From the IMG/VR virus record IMGVR_UViG_3300022542_000629, positions 1-48,798 of that record: a stretch of 48,798 nt of DNA; one strand, given 5' to 3'. Shown piece after piece: positions 1 through 7,480 of the stretch (the first letter of the stretch is position 1; every line of letters starts with the position of its first letter). A program made the translations under genes and the position numbers. The notes under the pieces are model-generated. The model was not told where the DNA came from and searched no databases. It worked only from the letters and a program-made list of their open reading frames with translations. The stretch comes from a virus.

Positions 1-141
1 GCCAGCGCCGCCTCGAAGCCGGTGTCGGGCAGGTTGCCCAGGTTGCCTGCGGTTTGGCCGTAATCTGCTTTAATCGAGCGGCCGCCAGGAGCACCAGAGG
101 CTTCCCAATCTATCCCGTCTCCGCCGTGAACTGTTCGGCTA
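1..141. repeat. Terminal overlap copy A (identical to 48658..48798)
   Basis: 141/141 identity between the first and last 141 nt, checked base by base. Implies a circular or terminally redundant unit of 48657 bp. Confidence 0.95.
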
Positions 142-821
142 GTATATGGCGGCGATGACAGGCAGAGCCATGCCCGCTCTAGTACCTCGCCCAGCCGCCG
201 CGAGTCGCCCTGCACGATGACCGCCGTGCCCGGCATCCCTTGCGCCTCCCACGTCTCTATGTTCCCGTGATACCGATGCGCCCCCGTGCGCGGTATCTTG
301 CCGCTGTTGCGCACGTAGGACGTTGACGCGGGCCTAGTGAGCAACGTCGCCTGGCGTGTCTTGACTACGGTAGCCCACTCTGTGCCCGGTAGCGGTAGTG
401 GCTTGAACTCTCGCTCATCCGCCACTATGCCCGCTTTCATTATGCACTCAGGACACCAGTGGCGGCCGTCATTGTAACGCGCTTTTCCCCAACGGCCCTG
501 GAAGCGCGCCCAGTCGGCCTTGCTTATGCCGGTACAGTCGCAGCCCTGGCCCATGTCCACGAACCGCTGTTCTAACTCCACGCCGATGAAGTTCAGGCCG
601 TGGCACATCGCTTCCAGTGCGAAGCCGCCGATTCCAGAGAAGCAATCAATCACAGTTTGACCTGGCTCAATCCAGCCTTCCTCCAGCGCGTGCTCGTAGA
701 TGCGCACGGACAGGCCGTAACTGTTTTTTGCCGGATGCGAAAACGACTCAGGTCGGAGTCGGTTCTGGCCCCAACCCTCGCGGTAGAGTCCGTGCCAGCT
801 GTCCATTGGAACCTCGCTCAT
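1..821 (-). CDS. DNA (N6-adenine/N4-cytosine type) methyltransferase, N-terminal part of a junction-spanning gene. Continues in frame at 48657 down to 47799.
   Basis: ATG at 819..821 overlaps (ATGA) the stop of 818..1165. I hand-checked every codon of this frame from 821 to 1 and found no stop. SAM motif I IDCFSGIGGF is at 621..650, preceded by SHPAKNS. The first catalytic motif LSSPPY is at 144..158. Confidence 0.85.
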   Translation of the reverse strand, partial: MSEVPMDSWHGLYREGWGQNRLRPESFSHPAKNSYGLSVRIYEHALEEGWIEPGQTVIDCFSGIGGFALEAMCHGLNFIGVELEQRFVDMGQGCDCTGISKADWARFQGRWGKARYNDGRHWCPECIMKAGIVADEREFKPLPLPGTEWATVVKTRQATLLTRPASTSYVRNSGKIPRTGAHRYHGNIETWEAQGMPGTAVIVQGDSRRLGEVLERAWLCLSSPPYTSRTVHGGDGIDWEASGAPGGRSIKADYGQTAGNLGNLPDTGFEAAL

Positions 822-1165
822 CTCAGCCACGCGACTGCACGCCGCCACCACCGAACCAAGCAGAACAATGGCCCCCAGGCCAGTTCGTTGACCACGACCC
901 TATGCCCTGCTTCTGCCTCATCCCACGTTGAATAGCGCCACTGATCTTGATCATGCTCGCCGCCGAATACCATCGTCTCAAACAGAAGCGGCGGGCCATC
1001 ACCGAACTGATGATCGAGGCCGAGGAATACCGTTGACACTCTAATGTCCTTGCTAAGTGTTGTCTGCTTGACTATCCTGTCCGCCGTCTCAAACTGGGTT
1101 GCCCAGGTGATAACGTCGGATACCTCAACCGGTTCTTTGCCGTCCAAGATATAATGTTCTGTCAT
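818..1165 (-). CDS. Hypothetical protein (115 aa)
   Basis: ORF track. RBS AAAGGAGAGAAATG. Stop overlaps the next start (ATGA). Contains LFETMVFGG...RYSTWDEAEAGH. Confidence 0.65.
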   Translation of the reverse strand: MTEHYILDGKEPVEVSDVITWATQFETADRIVKQTTLSKDIRVSTVFLGLDHQFGDGPPLLFETMVFGGEHDQDQWRYSTWDEAEAGHRVVVNELAWGPLFCLVRWWRRAVAWLR

Positions 1166-1203
1166 TTCTCTCCTTTGTCTCTATTGCCCGCGCCGTCGGC
1201 TAC
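1163..1203 (-). repeat. Duplicated translation-initiation/intergenic cassette, copy 1
   Basis: Minus strand reads GTAGCCGACGGCGCGGGCAATAGAGACAAAGGAGAGAAATG. 37 nt (1167..1203) are identical to 1636..1672. Confidence 0.9.
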
Positions 1204-1635
1204 TCATCCATTTGTCCTAATGCCATCGTCCCACTGCGACCAGTCCCAGTCAAAGTGCTCGCATATTATCTCCAAGATAGGCTTACCATAGAAATGATAG
1301 TTGCAGTATTCATCCTCAACTTGCGCGAGCAAGTCATCCTCACCTGCAAGCCACAGCCAGGCGATGCAATGCATAACTGAACGATTGGCAGAGATACCAC
1401 GGCTGTTGTTTGCCTTGCCCCAAGCGAATTCCATATAAGCATGCATCCGCTTAATAGGCACACCAATCATAGCCACTGCCTCTTGCCAATTCTGTTCTGT
1501 TACATCATCCTTTAGAAACGGTCGCGCATTACTAAAGTCCAAGTAGTTAATGTATTCGCCGGTCTCGAAGCCCAGCAGGTCGTCGTCCTTGCGTGTTTCA
1601 ATGCGTTTGACAATCTCATCTTGCGTTCTCATCAT
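1204..1635 (-). CDS. Hypothetical protein (143 aa)
   Basis: ORF track. Preceded by the duplicated RBS cassette. Confidence 0.65.
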   Translation of the reverse strand: MMRTQDEIVKRIETRKDDDLLGFETGEYINYLDFSNARPFLKDDVTEQNWQEAVAMIGVPIKRMHAYMEFAWGKANNSRGISANRSVMHCIAWLWLAGEDDLLAQVEDEYCNYHFYGKPILEIICEHFDWDWSQWDDGIRTNG

Positions 1636-1672
1636 TCTCTCCTTTGTCTCTATTGCCCGCGCCGTCGGCTAC
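1633..1672 (-). repeat. Duplicated translation-initiation/intergenic cassette, copy 2
   Basis: 1636..1672 is identical to 1167..1203. It includes the stop of the upstream gene, the spacer, the SD and the ATG. Confidence 0.9.
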
Positions 1673-2505
1673 AGGCTCAGGGGCGGCGGAGTTCTCATGT
1701 CGCCGCGCAACTCGACCAGGCAGCCCTGGCGCATCCTTGAATACAGGTAACCAACCGGCTCAGAAGTCGGCAGGCTCACCGTCGGATCGTCGTTTGTGGC
1801 GAATACTGTCAGGTGCGATCCGATCCTGCGATACCTGGTATCCGCAAGTAACCAAAGCCGTTCCTGCGCCCATCCTGTTTCGTGGAAGCGCGTCACCTCG
1901 TCCAGCGCCAGCACTGGAATATCGAGCAGCCGCTGCCAGAAGCCGGACGACTTGTTGTCACTATTGAACAATGAGCGCAAGTGATCAAGCACCAGCGCGA
2001 ACGGTGCATAAAATGCCTCAATCTGCTTGTGCCTCATCTCGTTGACCACGATCTGTAGCGCCAACGTCTTGCCGCCGCCAAAGTCTCCATAGAACGCCAA
2101 GAAGCCGCAGCGGTTGCGGATAGCGTCCTCCATTGCGCGCTTCGCCGCCAGGCGCTGCTTGCTCAGTATCCCGCCGATATTGGTTCGCCACGCCACCAGG
2201 CGATTGTCCAGTTCCGCGCCTTGTAGCCCACAGTTTGCCGTAATGTACTGGAGATGGCGATTATTGCCGCAAGTGTCGCAAGGCGTCAACTTACCGAACC
2301 GCGCATCACCAGGCGGCGCACCCTTACGCACCCAACCGATGCCGCCGCAAGATGGGCAGGTCGGCGGTTGCGGCACGCCATACATCTCAGCGCGGTATGC
2401 TTCTTGTGCCTTGACAGACTGCGAGAAGTCAAGCATTGAGGCCCCCAATGATTGGCGGGCGGTAGTTGGGCGCTCTTGGGTTTGTTGATTGGAATTTGGC
2501 TCCAT
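1669..2505 (-). CDS. DnaC/IstB-like AAA+ ATPase (helicase-loader-like) with an N-terminal CxxCxGxG zinc motif
   Basis: Walker A GDFGGGKT and Walker B VLALDEV. N-terminal CPSCGGIG...CDTCG. An alternative start at ATG 2436 would reduce the overlap with the upstream gene from 77 nt to 8 nt. Confidence 0.75.
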   Translation of the reverse strand: MEPNSNQQTQERPTTARQSLGASMLDFSQSVKAQEAYRAEMYGVPQPPTCPSCGGIGWVRKGAPPGDARFGKLTPCDTCGNNRHLQYITANCGLQGAELDNRLVAWRTNIGGILSKQRLAAKRAMEDAIRNRCGFLAFYGDFGGGKTLALQIVVNEMRHKQIEAFYAPFALVLDHLRSLFNSDNKSSGFWQRLLDIPVLALDEVTRFHETGWAQERLWLLADTRYRRIGSHLTVFATNDDPTVSLPTSEPVGYLYSRMRQGCLVELRGDMRTPPPLSL

Positions 2506-3334
2506 GCTGCTGTCCTCCCTCTCTCCACGCCTTGAACTTTCCCCATGTCTCTCTTACCTGCGCAGGCCTTGGCGCATCGCCCTTCTTGCCGCGCCAGTCG
2601 TTGGCGTACCACCAGGTGGCGAAGGGCTCCATATCGGCGGGGGTTGCGCTGTCTTTACGCAATATCTTCTCGGACTGGTTGAGTTGCTTACGCTGAGTGC
2701 TTGTGAGAGTGGTTAGGTTGATCTGGCAGACGCTTGCCAATACTGCGAACATCTCACGCGCCTCCTGCTGTTTGGGTGAAGGTTCGCGCTTTGACTTAGG
2801 CTCAGAGGGTGGGGCGGTAGCCGCCGAAGGCGAGTCTTTAAGTGCATCTGAATCTGCCTGTGAATCTACATGTGCATCTGAATCTGAATCTGAATCTGAA
2901 TCTGACACCAACTTAGTTGGAGTTTCCTCTTGACCTACTCCCGACCTACTCTCGACCTTGTCTTGACCTTCATCTCCTTTGGGGTCAACGTAACTGGGCG
3001 GTGTGGGAAAGTTACTCTCGGCTTCTTTGGAGGTATCACCTTGATAACCGTGCCAGGTTGGAATCCAGAAATATTCTCTCCCGTTGGCATTATAGCGTTC
3101 AACCATCCCGTGATTGGCATACCAGTTCATAGCCGTTGCTATCATCTCAGGCGTTACATCTTCACGAACGGTCATCACCTTTGACTTAATCCAAGAAGGG
3201 GTATCTAGTCCGCGCCCGCGCCTATCTAGGCCGAGGGGTAGCATTACCCATAGCAAACGGTGAAAGTCATCTGGCATCTCGTTTATGTCTAAACTCTCAG
3301 TTGCCTTCACGTGTAACTTACGCCATTTGGGCAT
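2429..3334 (-). CDS. Replication initiator / replisome organiser (DnaD-like C-terminal region) with an acidic (SD)n linker
   Basis: 301 aa, sited directly upstream of the loader. C-terminal WWYANDWRGKKGDAPRPAQVRETW is typical of phage DnaD/organiser domains. The linker reads SDSDSDSDSD. Confidence 0.55.
   Translation of the reverse strand: MPKWRKLHVKATESLDINEMPDDFHRLLWVMLPLGLDRRGRGLDTPSWIKSKVMTVREDVTPEMIATAMNWYANHGMVERYNANGREYFWIPTWHGYQGDTSKEAESNFPTPPSYVDPKGDEGQDKVESRSGVGQEETPTKLVSDSDSDSDSDAHVDSQADSDALKDSPSAATAPPSEPKSKREPSPKQQEAREMFAVLASVCQINLTTLTSTQRKQLNQSEKILRKDSATPADMEPFATWWYANDWRGKKGDAPRPAQVRETWGKFKAWREGGQQHGAKFQSTNPRAPNYRPPIIGGLNA
2842..2905. repeat. Microsatellite (ATCTGA x5 at 2876..2905) plus a 15-nt direct repeat gtgcatctgaatctg (2842..2856 and 2872..2886)
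   Basis: Read directly from the sequence. Encodes the SD repeat of the initiator linker. Confidence 0.9.
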
Positions 3335-3349
3335 TGTAATTCGTCCTTG

Positions 3350-3598
3350 TCAATGTGCTTTTGAAAAAACAGTATCCCCGTGAATCTCTGCCCATGCCGC
3401 TAGACAATGCGAGCACATCCTATCTGTTGCCGTCTCTTGTTTCCCACAGTCGCATTGATATGCGCCGTCAATTACGGTAACGCCATACTCTCCCTCTCCA
3501 CCACTCACAAGCCAGGTGTCGGGCATGATCTTCTGCGCTGTGAGAATGTAGCGGGCACGGTGCCGAGTTCTTTGAGTTCCGTAGCAATCTTTACTCAT
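3350..3598 (-). CDS. SWIM-type zinc-finger protein (82 aa) with an Arg-rich N-terminus
   Basis: CxC...CxH pattern in YQCDCGKQETATDRMCSHC. N-terminal GTQRTRHRARY. RBS AAAGGAG. Confidence 0.6.
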   Translation of the reverse strand: MSKDCYGTQRTRHRARYILTAQKIMPDTWLVSGGEGEYGVTVIDGAYQCDCGKQETATDRMCSHCLAAWAEIHGDTVFSKAH

Positions 3599-3603
3599 AG
3601 ACT

Positions 3604-3698
3604 CCTTTCAAAACAAAAACCGCCCTTTGGGGTTATCTCGTAGCCCCGTAGCGTCCCTGGCACTCAGGGAGGCTACGCGACAACCCCAAAAAACGGTT
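3604..3698 (-). terminator. Compound stem-loop with a U-run (intrinsic-terminator-like or attenuator) just upstream of the SWIM gene RBS
   Basis: Inner hairpin 3647..3677 has 12 bp with one G.G mismatch and a 5-nt loop. The outer helix pairs 3618..3634 with 3682..3698 (9 + 5 bp). On the minus strand it is followed by TTTTTGTTTTGAAAGGAG. Confidence 0.6.
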
Positions 3699-3745
3699 GC
3701 TTGTGTGCCACTATTTGGCCCGCTACAGGCTTTTCCTTCACTCAT

Positions 3746-3773
3746 ATTATACGCCTTTTGCGGAATTTGTCAA
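3746..3773 (-). promoter_or_regulatory. Consensus sigma70-type promoter P1 (TTGACA-N16-TATAAT)
   Basis: Minus strand reads TTGACAAATTCCGCAAAAGGCGTATAAT. It overlaps the stop of 3770..3955. Confidence 0.75.
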
Positions 3774-3955
3774 GCCTCCAACCTATACGCCTCTCGTTCT
3801 CCCGCCTCATATTCCCGCAACCGCTTCTTCGCTTCTCTTTCCAACCGCTCTTGCTCACGTCGGTATCGGATTATCATGATAGCGATTGGAATACTCAGAA
3901 GCAGCCCAAGAGCCAATCCACCTATGCAGTACATTCCTAATCCAGCGAACATCAT
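3770..3955 (-). CDS. Small membrane protein (61 aa from ATG 3955; the track ORF starts at TTG 3991)
   Basis: RBS GAGGAGG upstream of ATGATG. One transmembrane segment (GLGMYCIGGLALGLLLSIPIAIMII) and a charged coiled tail. Confidence 0.55.
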   Translation of the reverse strand: MMFAGLGMYCIGGLALGLLLSIPIAIMIIRYRREQERLEREAKKRLREYEAGEREAYRLEA

Positions 3956-3980
3956 TGCCTCCTCAAAATGTCGAGAATGC

Positions 3981-4094
3981 CTAATCTCCAAACAATTCCA
4001 TATCCTGTTTACAGACTAGCCAATACACCACAGCCACCACCAGCACTGCCACCGTCACCGCTGCCACGATGATTAGAGCCGCTTGGCTGATCAT
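3981..4094 (-). CDS. Possible 37-aa single-TM peptide (below the ORF-track cutoff)
   Basis: Hand translation MISQAALIIVAAVTVAVLVVAVVYWLVCKQDMELFGD. The ATG sits 1 nt after the upstream stop, with GAGGG 9 nt upstream. Confidence 0.35.
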   Translation of the reverse strand: MISQAALIIVAAVTVAVLVVAVVYWLVCKQDMELFGD

Positions 4095-4095
4095 G

Positions 4096-4383
4096 TTAGT
4101 TGCCCTCGTTGCCTATCTCTGGCTCGTTGGGAGTGAGTATATACAGCGGCAGTTTGCACCGCATCCGCAGCCCGATCAGCAACTGCACCACGCGCCCGCT
4201 GGAGACGTGGCTGCGCTCATAGTCTGCGAAGGCTTGCGTTATTGCGCCCGGCGTCCGCTTGCCCGCTGCGTCAGTAATCGGCTCATCGTGCTGCTCTACG
4301 ATTTCGTCGAGCAACGCGACGAGCGGCGTTTCACGCGTCCACGCTGCGCCTCTCAAAACCTCGCGTACTTCATCTAGCGTCAT
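4096..4383 (-). CDS. Hypothetical protein (95 aa from ATG 4383)
   Basis: RBS GGAGGAAAGG 4 nt upstream of ATG 4383. The longer track ORF (to 4497) overlaps the upstream gene. Confidence 0.55.
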   Translation of the reverse strand: MTLDEVREVLRGAAWTRETPLVALLDEIVEQHDEPITDAAGKRTPGAITQAFADYERSHVSSGRVVQLLIGLRMRCKLPLYILTPNEPEIGNEGN

Positions 4384-4558
4384 CGTCCTTTCCTCCTGTT
4401 GTTCTGTAGCAGGCATCATTGCCCTCCATCCTCTCATCATCCCGTGCCCGCTCAGCCTCTGCCGCCAGGCGCTCGGCTTCCTCTTGCTCGCCGGCACGCA
4501 TTGCCTCTACTAATCTAATCCATAGACTTTCGGTATCTTGCTTTTTCCCTTCGTTCAT
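4370..4558 (-). CDS. Hypothetical acidic coiled protein (62 aa)
   Basis: RBS GGAGGAAG. ATGA overlap with the stop of 4555..5040. Confidence 0.5.
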   Translation of the reverse strand: MNEGKKQDTESLWIRLVEAMRAGEQEEAERLAAEAERARDDERMEGNDACYRTTGGKDDDAR

Positions 4559-5040
4559 TGCGCTTCCTCCTTGTTCAGTTGCGGTCCAAGCAGTTCCCAA
4601 ATTCCGCTATTCCGCAGCCAGTACCGCATGCGCCGCAGCGCCTGCGCCTCTACCTGCCGCACGCGCTCGCGGGTTGTGCCTGTCACCGCCGTCACCTCCT
4701 CCAGCGTATACCGTGGCCCCTCCAGCCCGAACCGCCACGTTAGCACCTGCATATCTCGCTCGTTCAGCATAGCCAGGGCCTGCCGTAACAGTACCTCAAC
4801 GCCGTCAATGAGCACCAGGTGCTTGCCAAGTAGCGAGCGCAAAAGCAGCGTCCACGCCTCGACTTGCCAGCCAGGTAGCGTCGGCGGCTCATAGACGTAC
4901 GGCTCATCTTCCGACAACACGCGGCTCAGTGCCCAGCGCACGAACGCGGAGCGGTTGAGGCCGCGCCTGGCAGCGGCTTCGTCTATGCTCGCCAGCAGCC
5001 CGTCGGACACGGGAACGTTGAGATGTCGCCTCATTGTCAT
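4555..5040 (-). CDS. Ribbon-helix-helix (CopG/Arc-like) domain fused to a sigma-70 region 4 domain
   Basis: N-terminal RRHLNVPVSDGLLASIDEAAARRGLNRSAFVRWALSRVL is RHH-like. C-terminal LNERDMQVLTWRFGLEGPRYTLEEVTAVTGTTRERVRQVEAQALRRMR matches a textbook region 4.2 HTH. Confidence 0.7.
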   Translation of the reverse strand: MTMRRHLNVPVSDGLLASIDEAAARRGLNRSAFVRWALSRVLSEDEPYVYEPPTLPGWQVEAWTLLLRSLLGKHLVLIDGVEVLLRQALAMLNERDMQVLTWRFGLEGPRYTLEEVTAVTGTTRERVRQVEAQALRRMRYWLRNSGIWELLGPQLNKEEAQ

Positions 5041-5165
5041 AGGTTCTCCTCTGTCCTATCAGCGTTATCACTCGCCCGGCCTGCCACTACCATGATGCAG
5101 AGCACCAGAATAGCGAGAATGAGGAAGGCAATGGCGGGGCGGCATAGTTGGCTAAGTTGTATCAT
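5037..5165 (-). CDS. Possible 42-aa single-TM peptide
   Basis: Hand translation MIQLSQLCRPAIAFLILAILVLCIMVVAGRASDNADRTEENL. Its stop overlaps ATG 5040 (ATGA) and its start overlaps the end of 5152..5688. Confidence 0.4.
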   Translation of the reverse strand: MIQLSQLCRPAIAFLILAILVLCIMVVAGRASDNADRTEENL

Positions 5166-5688
5166 TGCTCTTTGCCTCCCTCTCTGGCTCCAGTTCCGCC
5201 AGGCGCTGCTTGATCTGCGTCAATGCTCCGTGGGCTCTGCGGTAAATGAACTCATCACTGGCATACCATTTTAACGTATTCATCGCGATTGTCAGACACT
5301 CATCCCTGACGCGGTTCTCGTGCATCGCCCGCGCCAGCATTCGTTGCGACGCTTCATAACGATGTTGCCAATCAATGCACTTCTCTGGCACGCTGAGCCT
5401 GCGCGCTGCCAGTTCCCGTGCCTTGGCGTCGGTAGTCGGCGCATCGTAGCCAATCCAGTCGCCGGACTTCATATTGGCCTCCAATGTTACTTGGCAGAAT
5501 GTACAATCATAGCAAACAATAGGCATTGAATCTCCACACTCTGTGCAATGTTCAGAGTGCTGGAGAGAGCCACGCCCACTCCTGCCGTGCTCAACCCGCA
5601 TATCGGGCGCTCCGCAAACCGGACAATCTTCGTATGTGATAACGCCATTTGGCGCGAAGTAGCGATCAGTCCATTCATTGGTTGTCAT
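5152..5688 (-). CDS. Cys-rich (zinc-ribbon-like) hypothetical protein (178 aa)
   Basis: CPVCG...HCTECG...CYDCTFC motifs. ORF track. Confidence 0.6.
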   Translation of the reverse strand: MTTNEWTDRYFAPNGVITYEDCPVCGAPDMRVEHGRSGRGSLQHSEHCTECGDSMPIVCYDCTFCQVTLEANMKSGDWIGYDAPTTDAKARELAARRLSVPEKCIDWQHRYEASQRMLARAMHENRVRDECLTIAMNTLKWYASDEFIYRRAHGALTQIKQRLAELEPEREAKSNDTT

Positions 5689-5968
5689 CGTTCGCCTCTA
5701 GCATCGCCCGCGCGAACTCTGAGAATACGACTGGCAACCGCTTGCGGAATTCGGTTACTGTGATGTGATGTTCCTTTTTCGTATTCTCATTTGCTATCTT
5801 CACAGCGTCCACGTCACTGATGCCAACGAGATGGCCGAATGCCACATAGAACGTTCGGTCCTTGCCAGTCGCCTTCTTGGCATCGCCATAGACAGCAGCG
5901 ACAAATAGATCGAAAAGCTGCCTGTGAGATATTGTCACTGTTCCCGTGATAGTGCTAACTTTCATCAT
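5675..5968 (-). CDS. Hypothetical protein (97 aa)
   Basis: ORF track. RBS GGAGGAGAATGATGA, overlapping the upstream stop. Confidence 0.6.
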   Translation of the reverse strand: MMKVSTITGTVTISHRQLFDLFVAAVYGDAKKATGKDRTFYVAFGHLVGISDVDAVKIANENTKKEHHITVTEFRKRLPVVFSEFARAMLEANDDNQ

Positions 5969-6894
5969 TCTCCTCCAGCCAGCGCCTCGCGGATGCGGGC
6001 GGCGAGGGCGCGGGCATCTTTGGCATCTTCACGGTCTAGGGCCGAGAGACCTCTTTCAGCAAACGTGTATCTACTCGCGAGCACCTGGGCACTACCTGCC
6101 AACCGCTCTAGCAACTCCGCCAGTTCCTCCGTCACCAGTTGCGCCAGTACCTCGGCGCGTTCGGCGCGTTGGATTAGCAAAGAGATGCGCAGGGCGATAG
6201 AGGCATCATACTTGCCCTCTACCTGGTGTTCATCCAGCGCCCCGCGTATGTTCGTTAATACAAGCCTGCAATCACTGACATACTCATCCGCCTCCTGCCG
6301 CAACTGGCGCTCGGCCTGTAGCGTCTCTACCATTTCCTGTCCCGTGATCTCTACCTCAATTGGCTCAGCATCCAAGTCGGCTTGTGCCTGTGCCAATTGC
6401 CTTTTCAGCCCCTCCGCCTCCGCCGGGCAGAGCCATAGTTCTTGGACTTCGTCGCTTTGCTCCTGCATCTTTTTGCGCATCTTGTTGCGCTCTTTCTCGG
6501 CAGCCCGGCAAGTTTTATACCAGTAGTCGCGGCTCTTTACCATGTTCGCCACCTGTTGCGCCCGTGTTGGGTAGTAGAAGTCACCCAGCGCCTCGTCCAC
6601 GGCGGCCAGCTCATCGTGGGTCTGCGCCAGTTTAGTCAATGCCTTGGCAAGCGGATGATTAGAGCAAGACTTGATATGCTCTGTCACTACGCTGAACGCA
6701 TCGACGCCCGCCGCTTGAAAGTCGCAGTATCCGCACCTTTGTGTGGCTGCGCAGGGCTCTAATTCAACGTGCGTCCCGCGTCCCCAGTGCAGATCTTGGA
6801 CGCCTGGCTCAACCTCAGTTACCTGGAATAAATCGCCAACCCCTGGCGCTTCTTCATCGTCTCTATCATAAAGTTGCATCGTATATGGCGACAT
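5965..6894 (-). CDS. Hypothetical protein with a long coiled-coil region (309 aa)
   Basis: ORF track. Heptad-like E/Q/L/A-rich central and C-terminal regions. Confidence 0.6.
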   Translation of the reverse strand: MSPYTMQLYDRDDEEAPGVGDLFQVTEVEPGVQDLHWGRGTHVELEPCAATQRCGYCDFQAAGVDAFSVVTEHIKSCSNHPLAKALTKLAQTHDELAAVDEALGDFYYPTRAQQVANMVKSRDYWYKTCRAAEKERNKMRKKMQEQSDEVQELWLCPAEAEGLKRQLAQAQADLDAEPIEVEITGQEMVETLQAERQLRQEADEYVSDCRLVLTNIRGALDEHQVEGKYDASIALRISLLIQRAERAEVLAQLVTEELAELLERLAGSAQVLASRYTFAERGLSALDREDAKDARALAARIREALAGGE

Positions 6895-6895
6895 A

Positions 6896-7480
6896 TCATT
6901 TCTCCTTTTCTAATCTTTCCCTAACCGCCACCAGCGCCCATGTCGGCTTGTCGCCCGACACCGGAAACCCGACGACGCTAAAGCCGCCGGTAGCGACGTC
7001 CCAGGCTGTCATCTCGACGGTGGCCTCGACTTTGTCACTGGCATAGTGGCGGCCTTTCATAATGTCAAATTCGCGGCGCAGGCGAGCCGACGACCAGGTG
7101 CCTTTCTTGTCGGTCTTGGCAAATTCCTCGCCCAGTTCTCGCCGCCGGAACTCGTAATCGGTCGCCAGGCGCAGCGCATTGCCAGGATTGTCGGTTTCCA
7201 TCACGGCCTTGTAGAGTGACAGGGGGGCGTCTGGCCGTATGTCCTCATCACTGAATATCTCTGCCATTCGTGCCAATACGTTAACGCTGTGCACCGTTGA
7301 CTGGCCCCACAGGTGTGCCAGCCAGAGGGCCAGGCGCGGGGGAGGGTCTTCATTGCGGTATGCCCGGTCGTGTGTGACGGCAAAGTGAGCCAGTCGCATC
7401 TCGTCTATGAGAACTTCGGTCTTGCTTTCCTTTACCATGATCGCCCAAGCCTCAAAAGTGTCCAGGTCTAGTTCTATCAT
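6896..7480 (-). CDS. Hypothetical protein (194 aa from ATG 7480)
   Basis: RBS GGAGGGAGCA before ATG 7480. The upstream part of the track ORF (to 7654) overlaps two other genes. Confidence 0.55.
   Translation of the reverse strand: MIELDLDTFEAWAIMVKESKTEVLIDEMRLAHFAVTHDRAYRNEDPPPRLALWLAHLWGQSTVHSVNVLARMAEIFSDEDIRPDAPLSLYKAVMETDNPGNALRLATDYEFRRRELGEEFAKTDKKGTWSSARLRREFDIMKGRHYASDKVEATVEMTAWDVATGGFSVVGFPVSGDKPTWALVAVRERLEKEK

Noticed and set aside
600-935. Plus-strand ORFs 600..935 and 617..931
   Set aside because: They are antisense to the methyltransferase N-terminus, whose frame carries the SAM motif and is translationally coupled to the upstream gene.
5924-6526. A 200-aa plus-strand ORF inside the early arm
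   Set aside because: It is antisense to the coiled-coil gene 5965..6894, with Ser/Ala/Arg-rich low complexity and no SD.
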